A stretch of DNA of 64,000 nt from an uncultured bacterium (GTDB taxonomy: Bacteria > Verrucomicrobiota > Verrucomicrobiia > Limisphaerales > UBA8199). The notes under the pieces were generated by a model, which saw only the letters and a list, made by a program, of their open reading frames with translations, did no database searches and had not been told where the DNA came from. The stretch lies in NCBI GenBank assembly GCA_963749495.1, contig CAVVMW010000001.1, positions 224,001 to 288,000 of the forward strand, read 5' to 3'. This document shows, in pieces, positions 29,240-39,677 of this stretch (the first letter of the stretch is position 1; the number at the start of each line of letters is the position of its first letter). Both the position numbers and the translations under genes were made by a program.

Positions 29240-30565
29240 ATGGCGCACAAGCTTCTCATAATCCAGCCATCCCACTATGGCTCGAAGGCGGACCGCACTG
29301 TGTTCAAGGCCCGCCATCGGGACGTGGTGCCTTTGACTTTGCCCTATCTGGCTGCCCTGACCCCGCCAGACTGGGAGATCACACTCCTGGATGAACAGTT
29401 GGACCCGGTCGGCTTCGATAACCGTTTCAACCTGGTCGCCATCAGCTCCTCCACTCTAAACTCGTACCGCGCTTACGACATCGCCGATGAGTTCCGCCGG
29501 CGTAGCGTGCCCGTCATCATCGGCGGGCCCCATACATTCTTTCACGCCCAAGAAGCGAGCGAACATTGCGATGCCGTCGGCATTGGCGAAGCCGAAACCA
29601 TCTGGCTGAAGATGCTGGGGGACGCTGTTCATGGACGGCTGGGGGGCCTTTACCGAGCCGACCCGCTTGCCGACCTGGCCGGCCTGCCGCTGCCGCGTTA
29701 CGACCTGTTGAATCTCTCACGCTATCGCCCCTTCAGGACATACACTGTCGTCTCGTCGCGGGGTTGTCCGTTCCGGTGTGAATTCTGCTCCGAACGGTTC
29801 TTGCTGGGTGAGAGTTATCGTTGCCGGCCGGTGCCGGACGTGATCGAAGAAATCAAACGCTGCCGTTCCCGGAGCATTTTCTTTGGCGACAGTAATTTTG
29901 GAGGCAAGCGGAGCCACGCGATGGAACTGATGGAGGCAATGGTTCCGCTCCGGGTGCGATGGTCAGCGCTTTGGCCCGCCTATCTTTGCTGCGACGACAC
30001 CTTCATGGACCTGGCCCAGCGGAGCGGCCTGTTGCACCTCAACATCGGCCTGGAGAGCCTCAGCCCGGAGACGCTCGCCGGGATGAACAAGAGCTTCAAC
30101 AAGACGCTCAAGTACGGTGACATGCTGGCCAACCTGCGCCGGCGGGGTGTCAGCTATTCCTTGAATTTCATTTTCGGCTGGGACGGCGAAGTCCAGAGCG
30201 TGTTCGAGGCGACGCTCAAGTTCCTTCACGAGCACAAGGTCCCGGCTGCCTACTTCAACATCCTGACCCCCGTAAAGGGCACTCCGTTCTACGAGCGGAT
30301 GCAGAGCCAGGGCCGGATTCTCGACGAAAAAGAAATCGACCGCTGGCCGGGTCAAATCTGCCACGTCCGCCCGCCGTACGGAACTCCAGCGTCGCTCGAG
30401 AACCACGTTCGCCGGCTTTACCGGGAGTTCTACAGCCTGCCTTCAATCGTTTCTCGTTTGCCCATGCCATTGACTCAGGCCAGCATCGCCTCTTGGGTCA
30501 TCAACTTTTCCCAGCGCAGCATGGCTCGAGCCGAACAAGCCCGTAATAATTTTGATGGCTACTAA
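29240..30565 (+). CDS. B12-binding radical SAM protein
   Basis: IGGPH, GEAE, SRGCPFRCEFC. Confidence 0.92.
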   Translation: MAHKLLIIQPSHYGSKADRTVFKARHRDVVPLTLPYLAALTPPDWEITLLDEQLDPVGFDNRFNLVAISSSTLNSYRAYDIADEFRRRSVPVIIGGPHTFFHAQEASEHCDAVGIGEAETIWLKMLGDAVHGRLGGLYRADPLADLAGLPLPRYDLLNLSRYRPFRTYTVVSSRGCPFRCEFCSERFLLGESYRCRPVPDVIEEIKRCRSRSIFFGDSNFGGKRSHAMELMEAMVPLRVRWSALWPAYLCCDDTFMDLAQRSGLLHLNIGLESLSPETLAGMNKSFNKTLKYGDMLANLRRRGVSYSLNFIFGWDGEVQSVFEATLKFLHEHKVPAAYFNILTPVKGTPFYERMQSQGRILDEKEIDRWPGQICHVRPPYGTPASLENHVRRLYREFYSLPSIVSRLPMPLTQASIASWVINFSQRSMARAEQARNNFDGY

Positions 30566-30739
30566 GGCCCCGTCCCTGCGCTCTGAGGGGCGAGTTGGGG
30601 TTCACCGCAGCCGAGCGGAGGCGGCGCTGCCTGGCTTTGCGAAGTTCCACGCTTGACCCGTTTCCAAGGACTCTGCCATAATCCCTGACGTGACCGGAAA
30701 CGACAACCATTGCCTTACCCGTCCTGCGGCAGCCGGCCT

Positions 30740-31015
30740 ATGACCTCGCCAGCGGACCCCCAAAGCATCGGCCGGCAGCTCTGCCAGTTCGCGCGCACGA
30801 ATTTTGTGGCCGACGGAACAGCTTTCGATGAGCATAGTCCTCTGGCTGAGGCCGGCATCGATTCCTTTCAGTTGTTTGAAATGCTGCTCTATGCCGAGCG
30901 CACTTTTGGCGTCCGGGTGCCGCCGTCGCATCTGACGCGTAACAATCTGGCTTCGGTCGCCACGATGGCCCACTGCATCGCCGAGCTGGCCCGCAACGGC
31001 CAGTCATCGCCCTGA
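30740..31015 (+). CDS. acyl/peptidyl carrier protein
   Basis: GIDSF phosphopantetheine site; about 91 aa. Confidence 0.85.
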   Translation: MTSPADPQSIGRQLCQFARTNFVADGTAFDEHSPLAEAGIDSFQLFEMLLYAERTFGVRVPPSHLTRNNLASVATMAHCIAELARNGQSSP

Positions 31016-31028
31016 GCAGCCGGTCCCC

Positions 31029-32372
31029 ATGCCCATGCCTGACCTCCCTCGCCGCATTCGATTGGCTGCAGGGGATTACTTTATGCACGGCCAGGACTGG
31101 CGGATGCGGCGGGTCGGCTTGGGGGGCAACGTCTGCCGAGTGGCACTTCGCTTGGATTGCGGCCTGAATACGGAACTGCTGCGCGAGCGCGTGGCGGCTT
31201 CCCCAATGCTGGACTGGCTCGCACGGGTGCGTATCAGTCGCCCGCTGCCTGTGCTTCCCCCCCTCTGGCGTGCTACGGCCCGGCCTCGGGCGGTCTTTCA
31301 CGAACACGACAACCAAAATGGCAGCGAAGCCGGACCGGGGCTGCTGCCGCAGGTTGTCCTGGGGCGTGAATTGCACGCTGGCCGGGGCCCCGCGCTGGCG
31401 TTGGACCTGGTTCGTCACAGGGATGGGACCAGAGACCTTGTCCTTTCGTGGAACCACGCCCTCATGGATGCGCGTGGCTCGGAACTGATTTTGCGTCATC
31501 TGAACCTGGGCGGCGCCGCAAACGGAGCACCCACCATCGAAAACTTGATCAACCCGGACCAAAGAGGGGGAAACCTGTTGGGCTGGTGGCGTGCTGTGAA
31601 GTTAGCGCGGGGTTCGGTCGAGTGGCTTCAGCAGTCCGGCCGCGAACCGCTTTTCACGCTGATGCCCAAACAGCATCCCGGTCCGGCCACCCCGTGCCGC
31701 AACCAGGCCCGCCTCCTTTTGTTCAACGAGCGGGAAGCAGATCGCATCGACGCGCGCTGCCAGCGTCTCAACGCGGGCTTCCGGCGCAGCCACTTTTACC
31801 TGGCGGCCTCGCTCCGGGCTTTGCACACCGTTGCCTCCGCCCGTGGCAACAAGGATGGCGCCTATTTGATTCCCGTGCCCCATGATATGCGCCGGCGTGG
31901 CGCGAAGGGCCCCATCTTCTCCAACCACCTCTCCATCCTGTTCTACCGCATTGAGCCCCGCCAGGCCGCAAACCTGGCCGAGATCATCGGCGAACTGACT
32001 AGACAGATGATGGACCAGATCCGCACTCGGTTCCCGGAGTCCTGCATGGCAGCCCTGGAGATGTTCAAGCCACTGCCCCTGGATTTCTACCTGCGCAACC
32101 TGGGAAAGCCCACCCGGGGCAACTTCGCCAGCCTTTGCTTCTCCGATTCGGGCGAAACTTGCGCCGGGATGACCGACATGCTGGGTGGAGGAATCCAGGA
32201 GGTCACACACATGGTGCCGACCTGGCGGCCACCGGGGTTGACCGTGTTGTTCTGGAGTTTCCGCGGCCGGCCCCGCGCGCAGCTATCCTGGGTGGATGAC
32301 TGCATGAGTTTGGCTGAGGTGGATGCCCTGGAAACAGGCCTGCGCTGCGCCTTGCTGGATGAGGTGCCATGA
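31029..32372 (+). CDS. stand-alone condensation-domain/CoA-acyltransferase-like protein
   Basis: WNHALMDARG (HxxxDG-like), PVPHDMR. Confidence 0.7.
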   Translation: MPMPDLPRRIRLAAGDYFMHGQDWRMRRVGLGGNVCRVALRLDCGLNTELLRERVAASPMLDWLARVRISRPLPVLPPLWRATARPRAVFHEHDNQNGSEAGPGLLPQVVLGRELHAGRGPALALDLVRHRDGTRDLVLSWNHALMDARGSELILRHLNLGGAANGAPTIENLINPDQRGGNLLGWWRAVKLARGSVEWLQQSGREPLFTLMPKQHPGPATPCRNQARLLLFNEREADRIDARCQRLNAGFRRSHFYLAASLRALHTVASARGNKDGAYLIPVPHDMRRRGAKGPIFSNHLSILFYRIEPRQAANLAEIIGELTRQMMDQIRTRFPESCMAALEMFKPLPLDFYLRNLGKPTRGNFASLCFSDSGETCAGMTDMLGGGIQEVTHMVPTWRPPGLTVLFWSFRGRPRAQLSWVDDCMSLAEVDALETGLRCALLDEVP

Positions 32373-33772
32373 AGGTGCTCCTGGTAGCGACAAACCGCGA
32401 GTGTTCGCCGTACCCGGTGGCGCCGCTGGGCGTGCTGTGCGTGGCTGGCGCCGCCCGCGCCGCCGGCCACGAAGTAAATCTCCTGGACCTGGGAATAGCC
32501 CCCGCGCCGCAACGCGCTCTGCGGAAGGCCCTGGAGTCGGGCCAGTACCAAGCCGTGGCTTTCGGCATTCGCAACCTCGACAACTGTTGGGCATTCGCAC
32601 CGCGCATGTATTTCGACCAGGTGCGTGAACTGGCGGACACGGTGCGGCGCTGTTTCAAAGGCCCTCTGATCCTGGGAGGCAGTGGCTTTTCCGTCGCGCC
32701 TCACGGCTGGATGCGGCGGATGGAGGCCGATTGCGGCGTTATCGGCGAGGGTGAGCGGGCTTTTCCGGAAGTGCTGACTCGGCTGGAGGCTGGTCGATGC
32801 CTGGAGGGAATGGACGGAGTCATCACCGCGCCAACAACCGCCGGTCCGGCCAGCGTTCTCCCAACCCGCGCCATCGACAATTTGGGCGAGTTGCCGCTGC
32901 CCGCGCACGAACTCTGCGGTTATGCGCGTTATGTGAGGCGGGGCGGATTTGTCGGTGTGCAGACCAAACGCGGGTGTCCTTTCGGGTGCGTTTATTGCAT
33001 TTACCCCCAATTGGAGGGCCGACGGTATCGCCTTCGCCCGCCTGAAGCGGTGGCCGAGGAGATTGAAACGGTTGCCCTGCACTCAAAATTGCGTCATTTC
33101 TTCTTCGTGGACAGCGTCTTCAACGACCCTCGTTCGCACGCTCTGGCTATATGTGCCGCTCTCGGCGGCCGGCGGTTGCCAGTTGGTTGGGAGGCCTTCT
33201 GCAACCCGGTTGGTTTCGATCTCGAACTGGCTCGCGCAATGGCCCACGCCGGTTGCATCGGGGTCGAGTTTGGGCTGGATGTCGCTACGCCCAGGATGCT
33301 GGGTGCGTTGGGCAAACCATTCGGACAGGAGGAGACTAGAATCGCCTTGCAAGCAGCGCGCGATGCCCGCCTGCCCTTCGTGGTCTATCTGCTGTTCGGT
33401 GGCCCGGGCGAAACCTGGGAGGATGTCGAAGAAACCCAAACCTTTCTGGCCGGCTGTGCGCCCGCCAACGGCGTTTTTGCCTCCTTTGGCATCCGCGTCT
33501 ATGAAGGCACGCCCTTGGCCAAAATAGCTGCCCGGGAAGGCCAAGTATCGCCAGACCACGATCTCTTCGAGCCAGCCTATTACCTGTCGCCCGGCTTGAG
33601 CGAGCGCACCGAGCAGAACCTGGACCGCATTGCGCGGCGATGCCCGGAATGGACCTCGCCGGCGGACTGGCGCAAGCCTGTCGTCCGGTTGGGGCAGAAA
33701 GTGAGCGTCTGGCTGAGGGTGCGGCCACAGTGGAAATACATCCGGGGCTACGGCCAATACATGCGACGCTGA
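32369..33772 (+). CDS. B12-binding radical SAM protein
   Basis: PLG, IRNLDN, LGGSG, GEGE, TKRGCPFGCVYC. Confidence 0.92.
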   Translation: MKVLLVATNRECSPYPVAPLGVLCVAGAARAAGHEVNLLDLGIAPAPQRALRKALESGQYQAVAFGIRNLDNCWAFAPRMYFDQVRELADTVRRCFKGPLILGGSGFSVAPHGWMRRMEADCGVIGEGERAFPEVLTRLEAGRCLEGMDGVITAPTTAGPASVLPTRAIDNLGELPLPAHELCGYARYVRRGGFVGVQTKRGCPFGCVYCIYPQLEGRRYRLRPPEAVAEEIETVALHSKLRHFFFVDSVFNDPRSHALAICAALGGRRLPVGWEAFCNPVGFDLELARAMAHAGCIGVEFGLDVATPRMLGALGKPFGQEETRIALQAARDARLPFVVYLLFGGPGETWEDVEETQTFLAGCAPANGVFASFGIRVYEGTPLAKIAAREGQVSPDHDLFEPAYYLSPGLSERTEQNLDRIARRCPEWTSPADWRKPVVRLGQKVSVWLRVRPQWKYIRGYGQYMRR

Positions 33773-33795
33773 CGAATCCTGCAACCACTCTCCCC

Positions 33796-35058
33796 ATGCC
33801 TCCCGCCTCTATTTCCTGCGATGTGCTGGTTATCGGCGGTGGTGCCGCGGGCATCGCCGCGGCCGTAGCCGCCGGGCGCGTGGGCGCGCGGGTTGTGTTG
33901 TTGGAGCGATACGGCTTTTTGGGTGGACTGGCTACGGCCGCTCAAGTGGGCACCATTTGCGGACTTTATCTTCGAGACAAGGCCAACCCGGAGGCGATGC
34001 CAGCCGCCCGAGGATTTGTGAGCGAATTCGCCTCGCGGCTGCAGCGCGCTGTCGGCGCGGACCCGTTTCGGCTGGATGGAGGTCTTTGGGTGCTGCCGTT
34101 TCCCGCACCGGTCTTCGGGAGCGTGGCGGATGCCGTCTTGAGAGAGTGTGGAAACGTCACGGTGGCACTACACGCAACGGTGGCAGGTGCACAGGCTGAG
34201 GGCTTTCGTGTCGTTCAAGTTCACGGCCTGGCATGGAACGAGCCGCTCGTCGTCCGCCCGGCTATGGTGGTGGATAGCAGTGGCGAAGCGACCGTCGCCG
34301 GCTTGGCTGGGGCCGCAGTTGAGAACGGAGTTTGCGACCAAGCGCCCGCATTGGTTTTTTCCCTCGAGCACGTTGAAACCGGCCTGACCGAATGCGGCTT
34401 GATCAAGCTGCGGCGAGAGTTGCGCAGAGGAGTTGAAGAGGGCTTTCTGGCGCCATGCTGCGAACGGCTTGCGTTGATTCCCGGCACGGGCTGTCATGGC
34501 CGCATGGATCTCAAACTCAACTTGGCCCCCGCAAGTTCAGATCGGCCACTCTGGCAGCAGATTACCTGTTGGGAACGCGAGGCCCGTGCGTTGGTGATGG
34601 AACTTCATCGTTTCCTTGTCCAAAATACCACTACCTTCCGACATGCCCGCCTGGCCTCGGTCGCCCCGCAACTCGGCATCCGGTCCGGTCGCCGCATTCA
34701 AGGTCGTGCCAAGCTCTCAGATCAGGATGTCCTTGGCGCTAGAAAATCCCCTCTCGGAATCGCCCGCGGTTGTTGGCCAATGGAACGTTGGGGAAACGGC
34801 ATACGACCGGATATGGTCTTTTTCAACGAGCGTGACTACTATGAGATTCCTCTGGACTGCCTGCGCCCGGCAAAGCTTGACAACTTGTTTGCTGCCGGTC
34901 GTTGCTTCTCAGCCGCGACGGGGGTGATGACGTCGGCCCGGGTGATCGGCACGGCGCTGGCTACCGGCTGGGCGGCAGGAACCGCTGCCGCGTTCCAAGC
35001 CTTGGGGCGGCCGCTCGACGAGGCAGTGGAAACAATTCGGCGGCAGATGAACGAATGA
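33796..35058 (+). CDS. FAD-dependent oxidoreductase
   Basis: DVLVIGGGAAG, LERYGFLGG, DSSGEA, NLFAAGRC. Confidence 0.85.
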   Translation: MPPASISCDVLVIGGGAAGIAAAVAAGRVGARVVLLERYGFLGGLATAAQVGTICGLYLRDKANPEAMPAARGFVSEFASRLQRAVGADPFRLDGGLWVLPFPAPVFGSVADAVLRECGNVTVALHATVAGAQAEGFRVVQVHGLAWNEPLVVRPAMVVDSSGEATVAGLAGAAVENGVCDQAPALVFSLEHVETGLTECGLIKLRRELRRGVEEGFLAPCCERLALIPGTGCHGRMDLKLNLAPASSDRPLWQQITCWEREARALVMELHRFLVQNTTTFRHARLASVAPQLGIRSGRRIQGRAKLSDQDVLGARKSPLGIARGCWPMERWGNGIRPDMVFFNERDYYEIPLDCLRPAKLDNLFAAGRCFSAATGVMTSARVIGTALATGWAAGTAAAFQALGRPLDEAVETIRRQMNE

Positions 35059-36494
35059 ACGTTTTCGAGAGCCTTTCCCAGGCGGCCCGCCAATGGCCCG
35101 GGCGGCCGGCCATCGTCGACGCCGCCGGCACGCTGGATTACCAATCCCTCTGGCGCGAGATCGAGTCCCTGCGGGCGCAGCTTGCCCGGCTGGACGTGCG
35201 CGAAGGCCAGGGCGTGGGCGTGCGAGCGCGCAACGGACGCGCCTTCGTCATCGGCGCGCTGGGCGCGCTGGGATGCGGCGCCGTGGTCATGCCCATCCAC
35301 CACCAGATAAAGCCGGACGAATTAGCGGACATGTTGGCGCGCGCCCCCTTGTGCGCGATCCTCGATGACGGCTGCGGCGCAACCCAGGCAGGGGCCGCCC
35401 CCCGCAGCTTGGAATTGTCCCGTGGCATCGGCTTGCGGTTCGCTCGGCTCAATGGTCCCCAAGTGCCGCTGGCGCCAGGGTTCCAGGATGCCGCTTTCGT
35501 GCGCTTCACTTCGGGCACGACCGGGGCGGCCAAAGGTGTGGTCCTGACGCACCGCAGCGTGCTTGAGCGCACGCGCGCCGCTAATTGCGGGTTGGGACTG
35601 ACTTGCGAGGACAGAGTGCTCTGGGTCTTGCCGATGGCTTATCACTTTTATGTTTCCATCCTCCTCTACTTGGAGGCCGGGGCGGCGATCGTGGTCAGCG
35701 CCGATTACCTGGCTGAGAGCATCCTGGAGGCGGCCTTGTGCCACAATGTGACGTTCCTTTACGTGACCCCGATGCACGTGCGCATGCTGGGCGGTGAGGG
35801 GTCCGGACGCAGGTTGCCGCCCACGCTGAAGCGGATTATGTCCGTCGCCAGCCGCCTCGGTCCCCAGGCAGCGCAGGATTTCCTCGCCAGGTATCGTGTG
35901 CCCGTGGCGCAAGGCTATGGTATTATTGAGGTGGGGCTGCCGATCATGAACATCGAGGAGGCCGCCGAGCATCCCGAGGCCATTGGCCGGCCACTGCCGG
36001 GTTTTGAGGCGGCCCTTGTGGATCAGGCCATACGGCCGGTGCCCGAGGGCGAAACGGGGCAACTCGCCCTGCGTGGTCCCGGCATGTTTGCCGGCTACCT
36101 AAGTCCGCCAAGGGGGCGCGAGGAAGTCCTGCGCGAAGGCTGGTTTTTGACCGGCGACCTCGCACACCGGGATAGCGCGGGACGGATTGTGCTGGACGGC
36201 CGTACCTCGTCCGTTATCCATATTGCCGGCCACAAGGTCTTCCCGGAGGAAGTCGAAGCCGTCCTGGACCAGTATCCGGCCGTACTGCGTTCACGCGTGA
36301 CGAGCCGGCCGCACCCTCAACTGGGCGAAGCGGTCCACGCCGAAATCCACTTGCGGAGCGGCAGTCCCCCCGCCACGAGCGAGGATATTCTCCTGTTTTG
36401 CCGCCGCCGGCTCTCCAACCACAAGGTGCCGGCCTCGCTCGAGGTGGTGACCGAACTCGATCTGACTCCCAGCGGAAAGGTGCGCCACGGATGA
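35055..36494 (+). CDS. acyl-CoA/AMP ligase (adenylate-forming)
   Basis: FTSGTTGAAKG, QGYGIIE, TGD, SGK. Confidence 0.92.
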   Translation: MNVFESLSQAARQWPGRPAIVDAAGTLDYQSLWREIESLRAQLARLDVREGQGVGVRARNGRAFVIGALGALGCGAVVMPIHHQIKPDELADMLARAPLCAILDDGCGATQAGAAPRSLELSRGIGLRFARLNGPQVPLAPGFQDAAFVRFTSGTTGAAKGVVLTHRSVLERTRAANCGLGLTCEDRVLWVLPMAYHFYVSILLYLEAGAAIVVSADYLAESILEAALCHNVTFLYVTPMHVRMLGGEGSGRRLPPTLKRIMSVASRLGPQAAQDFLARYRVPVAQGYGIIEVGLPIMNIEEAAEHPEAIGRPLPGFEAALVDQAIRPVPEGETGQLALRGPGMFAGYLSPPRGREEVLREGWFLTGDLAHRDSAGRIVLDGRTSSVIHIAGHKVFPEEVEAVLDQYPAVLRSRVTSRPHPQLGEAVHAEIHLRSGSPPATSEDILLFCRRRLSNHKVPASLEVVTELDLTPSGKVRHG

Positions 36495-36871
36495 GGATTC
36501 TTTTAGTCAAACCCAAGCCCCGGCTCAAGACGATCCTCAAGCTTCTGCAGGAGTATATGGAGCGCATGCCCCCGGCACAGATCACCTGCACCGTCTATAC
36601 CGCCTCGCCGGGCAGCCCGGCCTGGCAGGAGGAGAAAACCAGATACGTTTGCCATCCCTTCGACCTGCATGATTGTATGCACCCCCTGACGCCCACGGCA
36701 ATCCCGCTTCGGGAATTCTGCGCGGAGTTCGCCAAGTTGAGCGCGATCGGGTCGTCGCGCAACCCGCTGCGCCCGCACATGACGCGGGTCCCATTGCGCG
36801 AGGTTTTCCGTATTTTGCTGGCCGCCAGAGGTTACGCCCGCGCGCTACGGCGGGCTTGGCGCGATTATTGA
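36491..36871 (+). pseudogene. B12 radical SAM remnant with core deleted
   Basis: N-term MRILLVKPKP.. fused to a C-terminal part (VYTASPGSPAW..FDLHDCMHPL); no CxxxCxxC. Confidence 0.6.
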
Positions 36872-36881
36872 TTTCTCAAGC

Positions 36882-38444
36882 GTGCTCAAGAGAAAAACCA
36901 AAGGTCCAAAGGCGATAGCCGGAGGCGAACAACGCCAGGCCGCGGCCGCCTCCCGCAAGATAATCATCATAGGCGGCGGCATTGCCGGGGTGTCTTGCGG
37001 CTGTTACTTGCAGATGAACGGCTACAAGACCGAGATCCTCGAGACGAACACGGTCCCGGGCGGACTGTGCGTGGCTTGGGATCGGGGGCCGTATGTTTTC
37101 GACGGCTGCCTGCGCTGGCTGGTCGGCACCCACCCCTCCTCGGCTTTCCACCGGATATGGGGCGAACTCGGCGCGATAGAGGGACGGGACATCGTGGATC
37201 ATGACGAATTCCTGCGCGTCGAGGGCCTCAACGGCCAGGTCCTCTCGCTATCGTCGGACCTGGACCAACTCGCGCGGGAGTTCAAACGCATCGCGCCTGA
37301 AGACGCCCTGCTCATAGACAGGCTCGTGGACGCCGCCCGGCGTTGCGCCCCCCTCGATCCCCCCGAGAAACCGTTGGAACTCATGGGTGTGGTGGAAAAA
37401 ATGAAGCTCTTGACCCACTATTTGCCGATGCTGCTCACCATCGCCAGATGGAAGAACCGGAGGTTCGCGGATTATCTCGCAGCTTACCGGAACCCATTCC
37501 TGCGCGAGGCGCTGATGGCTATAGCTGGCGATGTCCGTATGTCCGCTCTGGTCCTGGTGATGGTGCTGGGCTTCAGGTCCCGACAGAACGCCGGCTATGT
37601 CGCCGGCGGCTCGCGGGCCTTCGCCCACGCCGTTGCCGACCGCTACGCCCGCCTCGGCGGCGTTATACACTACAATACCCAGGTGGTTTCGGTGAACGTG
37701 GAGAATGGCCGCGCCGTCGCCGTGCGGTGCGCGGATGGAGCGGTGGTGCCAGCCTCCACTGTGGTTTCCTGCGCCGACGGCCGCACGACGATCTTCAAGA
37801 TGCTCGGAGGCCGTTACGTCAACAAACGCCTTGCTTACGTATATAATCACTGTGAGGTCTTCCCCGGGCTACTGCAGGCCTCTCTGGGCGTCAACGGGAC
37901 CTTCCCGGAAGCGCCCCGGGCCCTCAGCCTGCCGCTCGCGCATCCGTTGAAGGTGGACGGCGCCACACGCCATGATCGGCTGGAGGTCGCCGTTTTTGGC
38001 TCCGATTCGGGACTTTGCCCGGCAGGCAAGACCATCATGATAGTCCGGTTTTCCGGCAGCTACGAGCACTGGGCCAACCTCCGGAATCACCGCCCCGAGG
38101 ACTACGCGAAGGCGAAACAAGGGGTGCTCCAGGAGATCGTCTCGATTCTCGATCGGAAGTTTCCGGGCGTCGCCCGGCACCTGGAGCATGCCGACCTCGC
38201 AACCCCTGCCACTTTCGCGCGGTCCACCGGCAACTGGCAGGGCAGTATCCAGGGCTGGCTGCCTACGCCGCGAATCCTGGGACGGCCCATCCCGCACACC
38301 TTGCCCGGACTCCAGGATTTTTACATGGCCGGCCATTGGGTCGAGCCGGGGGGAGGCCTGCCTTCCGCCGCCCTTTCGGGCCGTTCCGTCGCGCAATTGA
38401 TCTGCGCCCGGGATGGGAGGACGTTTGCCGCGACCGCGGCCTGA
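36882..38444 (+). CDS. phytoene-desaturase-like FAD oxidoreductase
   Basis: IIGGGIAG, PGGLC..W.RG.Y.FDG, ATPATF, FYMAGHW..PGGG. Confidence 0.85.
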   Translation: MLKRKTKGPKAIAGGEQRQAAAASRKIIIIGGGIAGVSCGCYLQMNGYKTEILETNTVPGGLCVAWDRGPYVFDGCLRWLVGTHPSSAFHRIWGELGAIEGRDIVDHDEFLRVEGLNGQVLSLSSDLDQLAREFKRIAPEDALLIDRLVDAARRCAPLDPPEKPLELMGVVEKMKLLTHYLPMLLTIARWKNRRFADYLAAYRNPFLREALMAIAGDVRMSALVLVMVLGFRSRQNAGYVAGGSRAFAHAVADRYARLGGVIHYNTQVVSVNVENGRAVAVRCADGAVVPASTVVSCADGRTTIFKMLGGRYVNKRLAYVYNHCEVFPGLLQASLGVNGTFPEAPRALSLPLAHPLKVDGATRHDRLEVAVFGSDSGLCPAGKTIMIVRFSGSYEHWANLRNHRPEDYAKAKQGVLQEIVSILDRKFPGVARHLEHADLATPATFARSTGNWQGSIQGWLPTPRILGRPIPHTLPGLQDFYMAGHWVEPGGGLPSAALSGRSVAQLICARDGRTFAATAA

Positions 38445-38712
38445 GTGCGAGTTGGTCGCCCAGGGTCTGTGCATGCCTTGTGCTCTCAATTGCCCCCACC
38501 GACCCTAAGAGACCGGACGTCTCTGCCCCGGGCGGGGCACCGCCCGACTGCCAGGAGATCACTCCAAGTTGCACAAATCAGATGTGTCGTGCCTCTCGGG
38601 TTCCTGATCACTGGCTGCATCCCGTTCCCCTCTACATCCACCGCATTCAACGTCCCATCCCCAAAGCCCAGCCGCATGCCCGCTCGACCGAGCAGTTTAC
38701 GACCACGGCCGA

Positions 38713-39402
38713 TCAAGTCCTCTGTCGCGAAGCGCGGGCGAGACCGCGCCACCATTTCCACCAGCGCAAGGAGTCGGTCACCGGGTTAATGCGGCTGCGC
38801 CGGCCCTGGCCGATGACCTGGATCGGCACAAACGCGACTGGGTGCTCGGCCGCCAGGAAGGCCATGAGCATCTCCGATTCGACTTCAAAGCGCTCCGTCT
38901 TGAGTGACAGCCTGGCCCAGGTTGCCAGGTGAACCAGCCGGAAACCGCATTGGGTGTCGGGCAGTTGCTTGCCCGTGCGCCGAGACAACTGACGGCTCAT
39001 CCAGCAATTCACCTGTCGGCGAAGCCAGGGCATGGCCTGCGCCCTGTGCATGCGGCTGCCGACAACCAGCAATGCCCCGGTCTGTCCGGCGCAACACAGA
39101 AAAGCGGGTATGTCCTTCGGCGCGTGCTGGCCATCGCCATCGAGAGTGAAGGCCCACTCGAAGCCCTGCTTCTTTGCCGACAACAACCCGGTCCTGAGCG
39201 CGGCGCCTTTGCCGAAGTTCCCGGCATGGCTCACCACCATTGCGCCTGCGACCCGGGCCGCCGCCGCGGTGGCGTCCGTCGAACCGTCGTCCACCACCAT
39301 CACCAAGGGGAGGTGTTGGCGCACCGCTCTGACCAGGCCTGCGATGGTCGCCCCCTCGTTGAAACAAGGGATGATCGCCGCGCATGTCGAAGGTCCAACC
39401 AC
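38713..39402 (-). CDS. glycosyltransferase family 2
   Basis: IIPCFNE, VDDGSTD, GKG, DGDGQH, DTQCGFR. Confidence 0.92.
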   Translation of the reverse strand: MVGPSTCAAIIPCFNEGATIAGLVRAVRQHLPLVMVVDDGSTDATAAAARVAGAMVVSHAGNFGKGAALRTGLLSAKKQGFEWAFTLDGDGQHAPKDIPAFLCCAGQTGALLVVGSRMHRAQAMPWLRRQVNCWMSRQLSRRTGKQLPDTQCGFRLVHLATWARLSLKTERFEVESEMLMAFLAAEHPVAFVPIQVIGQGRRSRINPVTDSLRWWKWWRGLARASRQRT

Positions 39403-39677
39403 GCCTCAACCTTGAGTCACATTCAACCGGGAATCGAGAGAAAACTCTGGCCGCAGAGGCAGAGCCAGGCGGGCAGCCCTGAAGTCCGAAGGTCTTAACT
39501 TCTTGATTCGCTTTGCTTCTCTCCTTATTATATGAGGGATTCATGGCGAAGATTGTCTTCGGCCGGCAATAACGCGCGAAAACCTGACAGAAGTCGATCT
39601 TCTTATATTTATTACTGTTCAGAAGGCCCGGTGACGGAAATCCGTTGCCGGCGCGGCTCAAGCGATGCTGAACGATC

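Noticed and set aside
36882..38444. Carotenoid biosynthesis (crtI)
   Set aside because: No phytoene synthase or other crt genes; context is an ACP-dependent lipid cluster.
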